Below, one piece after another: positions 51,241-62,100 of a stretch of 64,000 bases of DNA; the first letter of the stretch is position 1; every line of letters starts with the position of its first letter. Where the stretch lies: positions 17,918,001-17,982,000 of the forward strand of contig OZ024746.1 in the NCBI GenBank assembly GCA_964016885.1. The letters are read 5' to 3'. A program made the position numbers and the translations under genes. The notes under the pieces are model-generated. The model ran no database searches and was not told the DNA's origin. It saw only the letters and a program-made list of their open reading frames with translations. The DNA is from Eledone cirrhosa. Lineage: Eukaryota.

Positions 51241-52115
51241 ATCATCATCATCATCAACGTTTAACGTCCGTGTTCCACGCTTGCATGGGTTTGGACGGGG
51301 GTATTCCCACTTGAGGCAAGAGTGATTGTCTTGCTCGCATAGGACTGTCTGGCAGGTTTTCTACAGTTGGATGCCCTTCCTAACACCAACCACATTTACA
51401 GTGTGGGACTGGGAGGTTTTTACCGTGTTGCCTACACGGCCACATTACAGCGTGGACTGTGTGTTTTTTTGTCGTGACACCTACACGATCTCATTTGTTT
51501 CGGCCTGGATGGCGCGGCACCAACATAACTTTACATAGAACGGGGTGGTGTGGATGGGGTGGGGGTGGTGGGACGGGGGTGTATTTTGTTAGAGATGCCT
51601 ACTGGCTGTAGTAGGTTTTACTATGTATTTAGGTAAGGCGGGTCTTCTCTATTACTGAGTACCGCCAAAGGTCTCGGTCCAGTGACATTGTCTTGGAGAG
51701 GTGTAAGTGTGTGAGGTCGGAGTTTATCAGCTCGTCCCAGGATTTTCTAGGTCTGCCTCTTCCGTGGCTACCGTCTATCTTTATTGCCCTGCACTTTGTT
51801 ATACAGCTATCGACTTTCATGCGCATCACGTGTCCGTACCAACGTAGCCTTCTCTCAAGTAAACAACATCTGATCCCTCTTATTTCTAATTTTTTCCTTA
51901 GTTCGTTTATGCTTTGCCGTTCACGTATATTACTATTACACATCCAGCGGAGCATGCAAGCTTCGTTCCTCTCTAGTCTGCGTATATCCTCTGCGCACAA
52001 TGCCCAGGTCTCACTGCCATGCAACATTGCTGTTCGTATGCAGGCATCATACAACCTGCCTTTCATTTTTAGGGAGAACCCTTTAGCGGCTAATAGTGGT
52101 ATAAGCTCTCTGAAC
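51241..52115 (-). mobile_element. RTE LINE 3' end (second family) with ORF2 C-terminus and long 3' UTR
   Basis: ORF 51629-52066 (KGRLYDACIRTAMLHGSETW...RRLRWYGHV...GRGRPRKSW). The 3' UTR carries the GGAAGGGCATCC module and (GAT)n. Confidence 0.92.
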
Positions 52116-53514
52116 TTTATATATATATATAGTTTGTGATAGATGGTTTAATAGATATAGTTTGAATGCTTTGAATAAGAAAGTCTGTTGTGGCATCAAA
52201 TGAACTAACAAAATTATGGAAGTCTTCTTTTGAATATAATTAAGATTACAAGATATGAAGAATGCCACACCATTTTATATATTTGAACCTACAGACCATT
52301 ATTGGACAGGTTCAAGCCTTATATTGATTTAGAAATTATTCCTGAGAGCAACAGAGATGCTAATTTTCCACATGGTAGATTCTAACTGAATAGGTAAGCT
52401 TTTGATAAACATAATTATGGTAGGATGAAATCTTATACATAATTCAAGTTGATGGAAATATCCGTTGACAGCCTAAAACTAAGGGAAGTAAAGGGAGAAA
52501 AAATCTTAGCAAAGACTTGGAAATATATTTTTATGATTAATTAATTAATTTAAGAGATTTGTGATTTTGAGGACAATCATATTCATAAAAATATAATTAA
52601 TAGCAGCTAAATATTAATTGTTGCTCCATCACTGATATAGCAGCAATGAGCTGTCAGAATCACTGAAGTATATTAAATATTGATTATAAATATTGATTCC
52701 AATTGCATGTAAGTACAAAAATACAAGTTAATATGAGAGATACTGCTGAAAATGCTGAAGTAATTAATTGGGTACTGAAAAATAAATAAATAATATATAG
52801 AATGCAAAAGGCTTTTTTTATCTTTTATTTCTAAATTCATAATGAAAATAGGGTTTTAATTCAAGAGCGATAGTTGCAAACAAGGTTGTGTAGTTAAGAA
52901 GCTTTTTTCATAACCATGTAGTTTTAAATTCTTTTTCCTTCTGTAGCACCTCAGCCAAGTGTTTTCTACTATAAGTCTTCAGGCAACCAATACCTTTTTT
53001 TTATGTTGTTAATGTTCAATCTTAATGCTGCATTTATTATAAAATAATTGAAATGAAAAACAAACATATTTAATATACAAAATCTCACAATGACATGAAA
53101 AACCATTACATTATATAAAAACAATTGAGCAGTATCTAATAAAAACAAAACACACTGTTAAAGGGAAAAAAAAAGGAAATGAAAAGAAACAAGGATCAAG
53201 CAATGAAAGAAAGGGAGAGGGGAGGGACAGTCAATATAACTTGTGAGTGAATTTGGTAAATGGAAAGTGAGGAAGCCTGTTGTATGTATTTGTCTGTCTG
53301 TCTGTCTGTCTGTTTTGTGCAACTATATATTGACGCGATTTAAAGCAAGTGGGGGTGTTTGTTTATGTCTAACTGGTTCCATGAAGGCAAGTGGTATATA
53401 TATGTAAATAAAGGATTATGAGTTCATGCAATTGACTTATGTTTCGTCACTATATATATATATATAGATATATATATATATATATATAGCATGTCAAGGT
53501 AGAGACTAACAGAA

Positions 53515-53915
53515 GTAATTGGTAGACTCAATCATTTAAACCCCTGGTAATGTAGAATTAATCTGTAACAGTTGCTAGACTCAATCACTTAATACCCTTG
53601 GTATAGTAAAATCTACCAGTAGCAGTTGGCAGACTCAGTCACTTAATATCTCTGACAAAATAGTGAACCAGTAGCAGATAGCAGACTCAGTCACTTAATA
53701 TCTCTGATAAAGTAGTGAACCAGTAGCAATTAGCAGACTCAGTCACTTAATATCTCTGACAAAGTAGTGAACCAGTAGCAGATGGCAGACTCAGTCACTT
53801 AATATCTCTGACAAAGTAGTGAACCAGTAGCAGATGGCAGACTCAGTCACTTAATATCTCTGACAAAGTAGTGAACCAGTAGCAGATGGCAGACTCAGTC
53901 ACTTAATATCCCTGG
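53515..53915. repeat. 52-bp minisatellite, about 7-8 copies, with the 5' copies diverged
   Basis: Unit CAGTAGCAGATGGCAGACTCAGTCACTTAATATCTCTGACAAAGTAGTGAAC. Confidence 0.92.
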
Positions 53916-55339
53916 AAACTGGATTAAGCTCCAGCCTGAAAGGTCTCTGGCTTCAGAAAGACTTTTTTTAATTCTTTAATATATCTACAGTGCTTTATAA
54001 CTAGTATAGAACTGGATATATAATGGCTACCAACAACTAAAGTTATGAATTCTCTAATATTGCCAGGAGTGTCAACCTGTAGATAGTATCAGCAATTGGA
54101 AAGACCAATGAAAATATTGGTTCCCTCACTCAGTAAGCAAATGAGGTCTGGGATCTTGTCAATTCAGTAAATAAATATAAATAATATCTCCAAATCCATG
54201 CTAGCGTGGAAGATGGACGTTAAACGATGATGATGAATATTTACATATTGAATTCCTAAACTGTATAAATTGACAAAAATTGAAATAGTTTGATACATTT
54301 AAATGTTCAGATTATGAAGATAACCCCAAACTAAATTGAACATTTACATGTTTTCTTCATTGAGCACTCAGGTAGCAGCCGTTTTATGTTCTGTTATAAT
54401 ATGTTAATGTAGGCGGCGAATTGGTAGTCATTAGAATGTCAGATAGAATGCTTTACGGTATTCATTTCAGCTGTCTGCTCTCTGAGTTCAAATCCTTCTG
54501 AAGTCAATTTTGCCTTTCATCCTTTCAAGGTCAATAAAAAAGTACCAGTCAAGTACTGGAGTCAATTCTTTTTCTCACTCTCTATCCTTCTCTGGAAGTA
54601 ATTTGCTGGAGAGGAGATGGGTTATGCCTTAAGTTGTTACAGGACCATTTGTGCATGCATAATCCCTTAATGTATTAAGTTCTCCAAATTGACAATACCT
54701 CAACCAATGATTAGATATCCTAAGTAACAGAGCTGATCTTCTATTTCTAATAAACCATTTATGTAGGTTATGGTCTTGATTGCAGGATTGGATTCAATGT
54801 CTTGTTATAATTTCTGTGTTCACAACTTAAGTTAATGTATTTTGTCATTATCATATTTCTAATATGGATTGGCAGAATTGGTAGAGTATTGGACAACATG
54901 CTTTGCAGCATAGTTATGTCCTTTTATGTTCAGAGTTCAAATCCTGCCGGGGTTAGCTTTGCCTATCATCCTTACAGGGTCAATGAAAATAAATTACCAT
55001 TAATGCACTGGGATCAATTTGGTTGACTGCCTCCTCCCCAAAATTGTTGACCTTATTATATTTCTATATGCTTTCCAGCATAGTTACGTCCCTTTACGAT
55101 CTGAGTTCAAATCCCGCTGAGGTTGACTTTGCCTTTCATCCTTACGGGGTCGATAAAATAAAGTACCAGTAATACACTGGGTAATTGCTGGCCTTGTGCC
55201 TAAAGTAGAAACAATTATTATATTTCTAATAAAAAAAGACACAGCCTGTGATTTTTAAATAATTTGAAAAATAATCAAGAAAAATCAGTTGGCTGGTATT
55301 TGCAGATTGTAGGGTGTTACTTAACTTGACAGAAGGTGA

Positions 55340-56085
55340 TCTCTGACTTGCACTTGATAATAGGTTTGATGCTGAGTGCTGCATGGCTGAAATGAAAATC
55401 AGTGCTGCGACAACTGAGACACTTATCCTCCCAAGGAAGCCTGTGCAGTGCACTCTACATGTTAATGAAGTTTCCCTGAAGCAGATGGAGAAATTCAAGT
55501 ATCTCGGGGCCATATTCATGAGTGATGGAAGACAGGAGGCTGAATTAATTGCAAGAATTGCAGGAGCTGGTGCAATAATGTGTCAGCTTCAACATTTGCT
55601 AATCAGAAGAAGGGAGGTAGACACAAAAGCCAAACTCACAATCTTCAATTCAGTATTTGTGCCAACCCTTACTTCTGGTCATGAATCTTGGGTATTGACT
55701 GAAAGAAGACGATTGCGAATATAAGCAGCTGAAATGGAGTTCCTCTGAAGGGTCTTTGGAGTAACGTTACTTGATAGAGTGCGTAAGAGCTGCTACTTCT
55801 CCGAATTGAGAGATCACATCTCCGATATTATGAGCATGTGGTTAGAATGTCTCCGGAAGGAATCACTGGACAGATTTTACAGGCAAAACCAACTGGTAGG
55901 AGACCCAGGGGTAGACCCTGAGCAAGAGGGTTGGATAACATCCATGATCTTGGCTGGTCTCACTTGGGGATCCAGCTGGATTGGTTGGAGATGGTTGCTT
56001 GTGACAAGACCCAGTGGAAAGTGTGCTTGAGGACTCTGCCCCCACGATCCTCTTAAGAATAAGTGGGCGATGAAGAATAATCAAG
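55340..56085 (+). mobile_element. RTE-like LINE RT C-terminal fragment
   Basis: MKISAATTETL...QMEKFKYLG...FVPTLTSGHESWVLTER. Confidence 0.85.
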
Positions 56086-57831
56086 AAATTGAACAGATAT
56101 TAGTAATATAACTAACTTTATCATTATTAAGCTGATGTTTGGAGCATAACTTAAAGGTTCTTACACAGGATTCTGAGGGAAGGTTTCTAGATAAATACAA
56201 ACACTTTAAAATAAACAGTTTTATATCCTAAAGTTAAAGTCTGTTCTACGCGAAAGGCTCACCAGGTTGGTGCTTATTCCTGCTTTCCTTGGCATTAAGT
56301 GACTGAGAGTTTAAGCTCTCCCTGGACAGGATGCTGGTCTATCACTGGATTAACTCTCCAGCTACTGCTGGTACACACTCAGCTGAGCGTACTGGAACAA
56401 CATGAAATAATTTTTTTTTTTTTCTGGATAAGAAAACCTTTGTAATTGGTAATGGTAGAATGTACTGAGTTCAAATTCCGCCGAGGTTAGCTTTGCCTTT
56501 CATCCTTACAGGCTCGTTAAAATAAAGTACAATTAATATGCTGGGATTGATTTAATCGACTTTCGCTACCCCCAAAATTGATGGCCATGTGCCTAAATCA
56601 AAAACCATTATTATATTCAACACCAACACACACAACATCAATACCTGCTATTTACAGTGAATCATTACTGCATTCCATTGACCTTAGTATTTAGCTGCTT
56701 ACACCTACACCACTAACTGCACTTGTGCACTTCAAGTATTCATTAATTGACAAGTAAACTTGTGCACTTTATTGGTTACGTTTGACTACATAATATGAAT
56801 TTCCAGTTTGCTTCTTCATGAAAAAAAAATGGCTATTTTTGAAATTGTTGATCTTATTAAATTATTTTTATTTGGGTTCTTGAAAATGCAATTGGTGACA
56901 CAGTGAACCATCATGCTTGCATGGGTTGGACGGGTCCATCTCAGTACAGAATCTCTCCATTTTTTGTGTTCCTTTGTCATCTCCTCTGTGAGCTTTAGCA
57001 ATCTGAGATCAGTTCTCATCACATCCATCCATGTCTTTCTCTACTGTGGATCTTCTCACTGGGATTACTTGGCACTTCTTCACACAGTAATCACCTATGT
57101 GCATCACATCTCCATACCAATGCTGTCTCCTCTCTTGCAAACTATTTTTGATTTATCTTGTACCCAGTTTCTCCCTCAGTTCATCCCATTGTTAGACACT
57201 TGTAAACAAGGTTATGCAGTGCAATTTAAAATTATTATATAGAAGGTGAATTGGCAGTGTTTTAAGGGCTTCTTCTCTTCTTCGCCCACTTATTCCTGAG
57301 AGAGTTTCAGGGCAGCGTCCTCAAACACTCTTTCCAGCAGGTCCTGTTACAAGCAACCTTCTCCAATTTATCTGGCTGGATCCCCCAAGCAAGACCAGAT
57401 GAGTTCATGGCTGTTAAGGGCTTTGGACAAAAACATTTGTAGTATTTGTTCCAGATTTCTGTATTCTTGAGATTAAATTCTGTGGTCAACTTTGTCTTTC
57501 ATCCTTTTAGGGCCGGAGTTTTGGGTAGGAGTTTTGTGGAATTGTTAGAGTATATGATGAGATTTTTTGTGGTATTTGTTGGGACTCTTAGCATTCAGAG
57601 TTCAAATCCCACTGTTGCTCACATGTGTGGTAGGCTTAATTTGATACTCAGTTTAACACCACCACCTAGTCCTTGTTACCGGCATTTGAGCAATGTCTCT
57701 GGTTTGAGGATATCTTCCTCCTTTGAACCAATTTTAGTCTTTGAAAAAGGTCATGGGCACTGTTCTCACCTTGACTAAACTGTAAAAATTAACCCCAAAA
57801 TCTTGATACCGGTCTTGTAAGATTCTTTCTT

Positions 57832-58514
57832 ACTGATAAGTTTCAGAAAGCTGGTACAATATGGTACAAATATATAAAGCTCAAAGGATGACAAATAAAT
57901 CAAAGTAATGTTTTTACCCAGTATATTTCAACATGATATTTCAGGGCTAATAACCTCTTTACAATAGACTGGAAATGCATAAAGCAGATTGGCTACTATA
58001 ATGGCTCCACACATGCATATTTCAGATATGAAGACCAGTTAGGGAAGAACAGATCGATCATTCAATTTTGTTTTGAACTATTTTCGTTTCACATTTGAAA
58101 AGAGGGTAATAACTCTGAAATATGTTGAAATATACTGGGTAAAACATTACTTTTTGTTTTATGTCATCCTTTACCCTTTATATATTTCTACCACATTGTA
58201 GAAACTGTGTTTGAGAGGGATACATTGTAGTGTGCGGGAGAGGAGACTGTGATGGTATGGACATGTGATGCGCATGGAGGATGACCAATGGGTAAAGAAG
58301 CGCCAAGAAATGCCAGTTGAAGGAAGACGTAGTAGAGGAAGACCACGAAGGTGGTGAGAGCAGACCTCAGATTGCTGAAGCTCATGGCGGAGATGACGAA
58401 GGAGTGTGACAAGTGAAGAGATGTTGTGCTGAATAGGACCCGTCCCACCCTTGCAAGCAGGGAAAAACAGATGTAAAATGATGATGATGTACTGGCTTTC
58501 TGAAACTTATCAGT
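57832..58514. mobile_element. Long-TIR MITE whose right arm is interrupted by an RTE 3' fragment (58201-58488)
   Basis: 57855-57955 pairs with 58105-58200, and 57832-57857 pairs with 58489-58514. TGTA flanks both ends of the LINE insert. Confidence 0.8.
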
Positions 58515-60593
58515 CATTTATTACATATCTCACAATGCTTCATACTAACTGTACTACTTTATTCTTTCTGATTATTTTTAATGTATCTCTTTTGCTTGGT
58601 AATCTAGTCGGGAAATTCAGTTTTCCCATAATGGATGTTGAATATTTTTCTTTAAGGAAAGTACTGATTTTTTTATAGAACCCAAGACCAATATTTTGTA
58701 GTGGAGTATTTGTCAACGAAATTAACCCCAGTAGCATGGAAATGAATATTTGACAGATCTACAAGAACAAAACTAAATACATTTAATGTTATTCTTTTCT
58801 ATTATCAAGCTCCTTGCTTTATGTGTGTGTGTGTTTTTCAGCCTCTGGTGTTTGAGGGAGCTGGACTGGTGACAATGAGGTTCTCGTTATTATTGGTGGC
58901 TCGCTTTACCAAAGTATTGGGTGATGCTTGAGAGGGTGTTTAGTTATTTCAGCATCACAGCCTTGCTAATGCTATGTTGGCTTGCCTCTAACACTATTTG
59001 AAGAAAACTACAATGCCCCCTTGTGGCATGTCTTCAGATTACTTTCTTCAAATTGTTAATCTTTTGATAATTATGTAAATAAAATACATCGAAAATTTAT
59101 AAGAACGACACAAATGGTAGATACTACAACAGGTGCTTTACAGTATCCAGTTTAGTTTTTGAGTTCATCTCAAGTTTGATACTGAGGATTATCCCCCTTT
59201 CGATTGGGCGAGGGGGGGGGGGGGGTAATCCCTAGTATTGAATTAGTTTAGATCTCAAGAGTTGGTGCTTAACGAAGACGTTTCATTGGATAGGTTGCTA
59301 GTCTACCGGAGGTGACTTTCCTAGATCTGACAGCTAAACTAAGATAAATAAATATTCTTCACAGAGACAGAATCCGCTGGTGCTTTAACGACGGAGAGAT
59401 GCTGATGGAAATTTAATCAAATATAAACAGCAACATCATTTTTGGAACATATATACACGTGTATTTGTATATATATTGCCACAAGCACCAGCTTTAACAG
59501 TTCGTACACATTTACGCTGTTATCTCTCCTTGCACAGATCAGGTATATATATATGTGTGTGCGTATGTCCTTTAAAAAAGTGATGTGTTAGCAATTAAAT
59601 ATCTTGATACAATGCTGCTGCTGGAGAACGTTGTTGTTCAGTTCAGTTTACATTCTTTCTCACTTGTTTGCAAAACAGCCCTACTGTTTACATTTTTTTT
59701 GCGTATATTTATGAGAGTTGCAACTGTGATCGCAACTTCTCTAATTCCTATTATTGTAATAATGTAAAAGACACGACCGTACATGTTGAAACTGTGACAT
59801 TAGGCTAGAAACTAGGCAAACAAGAAAAAATCTTATTTACTGAAATGTAAATATAAATGTCTACAACTAAAATTATCTTTTCTTTTTCTTTCAGATAAAC
59901 ATCGGAAATTTTCATAAATGAAAGCAGTGAGAAAAAAAATCATCATTTGCTGTATATCACTTCTGGTCGACTAAGATACAAATTATTTTGTTCTTAACCG
60001 TCATTTGAAGACGATCTATATATTGCAGCTACGGAAAGCCAAATATGCAGTAAAAGAAATTGATTTTTTTTTCGTTAGATGATAGGCATATAATTGTTTC
60101 TATACAGTAGAAATGTTAAAAAATATTCAAAAAAACTAATCAACGTAACTATAACTAATTAATTATTTTGCTCGAAGAGAAAAAGAAAGGAATTTAATAT
60201 TATAAACTTTCTACAGGTAACTGTAAATGGCAAGTTGTTGCAAGTGCTTCCATACAAATTCTAGACGTAAAGCGTTGTGATTGGTTAACAGTCAGGGACC
60301 CGGATGAGGATTATTTCTAGCGAGACTCGACATGGCGACTTCGACGCTTCATGGATCGAAATTTTAGCAATACTTACTTTTGCAGTCGTCCCAACCACCC
60401 CAGCAATCGCGACAATTATCACCATCTGCTGCCGTCGCAGCAGCAGCGCGCCTCTTACGAGGACGTGGACGTAAAACGTTGACGACGAGACGGAGGAGGC
60501 CGTCACTCCGGAGGAGGGTCTAAAGAGGCATCAAGCCGAAACAAAGGACGGCCCCGGGTCGACACCAGCATCAGTGTCATTATCACTGCTAGA

Positions 60594-61184
60594 ATGGTGT
60601 TCAAAGAAACAGTGTGTTTGTGGTTTCAGAAGTTGAATCCTCACACGAGGATTGACATTATGTGTGGGCTGCTCCATATGTGTGTGCCGCCCGAGTTGCG
60701 CTTTCTCGGAACGTTTCTTGAGGACCTAGGCAAGAAGGACTACTACCGGCTGAGAGATGCCGAAATTAAAGCTAACAACCACATCGATCTATCTAAAAGT
60801 ACCAACACACCTATTAACAATAGCGCTAGTAACACTGACAGTTCTACATCCTCTGGTTCTACGAGTACTATTGGTGCTGGTTCTTCTAATACTTCATCAA
60901 CATCTACCTCGACCGAGGAAGGTCTTCGCAACAAGCTGTCCCTGTCACTAGCTCTGCTGTACTCGTCCAACATACAATGCTCCAATATTCTCTTCAAAAT
61001 GCTCGAAGCTAATGTGGAACGAGCACTACGGGTGATGCCTTCTATGGCTGTAGTGACCATTTACGAAATTCTTACCATCTTAGTGATGGCAGCCAACCAC
61101 CCGGCCTTCAGCGTTACCCAGCAACTTACCATGGCAGAATTATATAAATCAGCCGAGAAGGCCGCTGAAGGCCTCATTCCCAAG
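60594..61184 (+). CDS. ZCCHC14: ZCCHC14/ZCCHC2-family protein, first coding exon (197 codons; gene continues beyond the window)
   Basis: VCLWFQKLNPHTRIDIMCGLLHMCVPPELRFLGTFLEDLGKKDYYRLRDAEIKANN...LSLALL...MAANHPAFS matches the recalled N-terminal (Smaug-related) domain of vertebrate ZCCHC14/ZCCHC2. Donor AAG|GTAAGC at 61184 and likely acceptor CTACAG at 60216. Probably co-orthologous to both vertebrate paralogs. Confidence 0.88.
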
Positions 61185-61816
61185 GTAAGCAAATCCATAA
61201 ATTTATGTAGATTGCATAATTTCAATCGCAAATGCAGACATTTTTATCATTTCTATACGAACATGAGACAAGTAGCTGGAATGTTTTGGCACGAAGACAA
61301 CCGAATATATGTTGTGTGATTTAGTTTATCAAGTGTGAACACTGATTTACATGATTTTAAATCGTTCCATGTCTCGTATCTTTCAAATTATCCTTCCAAC
61401 ATCATTTAAAACCATTTAAAAGAAATTGTCGCATCCATTGTTATATTAAAACCTATGTTATTAATACACCCATCTCTCCAACAAGTGTTCAATTTTATCA
61501 GTTATGTATTTAAGGGTATTTTATTTTGTTGTATTATATTTCCCATCTCTACATTGCATTTAAAATATTTTAGTTTGGTACATATATAATGTGTGTGTGT
61601 GTGTGTGTGAGATTTAGTTATCTCTCTCTCTCTCATACATATACCTCGCAATATATGTGGAAACTGTTTATATAATCACTGATAATGTTATCAATCTGTT
61701 ATTAAAATGACTGGGTCCCAAATACTTTATTTCGTTAATGTTATCAGTCGGTAATATCGCTATCAAAAAGGCTTTGTCTCCAAATGATCACAATAAACGG
61801 CTCCAACAATATTTTG

Positions 61817-61819
<3 letters not shown>

Positions 61820-61882
<63 letters not shown>

Positions 61883-62100
61883 ATATATATAGAGAGAGAG
61901 TGAGAACACATATATATTGAACACATATATATATATAAGAAAAGCGGACGTAAAATGATGATGATGATAGAACACACATATATATATAGAACACTAATAT
62001 ATATATATATATATATTATATATATCTTATTTATATATATATTATATATTATTTATATATATATATATTATATATATATTATATATATATAGTAATAATA
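61820..62100. repeat. (TA)n/(TG)n/(GA)n microsatellite complex
   Basis: Long TA runs, representative of many such tracts in the window (e.g. 1496-1527, 18263-18318, 24676-24716). Confidence 0.9.

Noticed and set aside
53515-53915. 52-bp array as CRISPR
   Set aside because: The would-be spacers are near-identical to each other, so this is a minisatellite.
61185-61319. C-terminal 44 aa of the 241-aa ORF (VSKSINLC...)
   Set aside because: Read-through into the intron past the AAG|GTAAGC donor, where composition switches to AT-rich.
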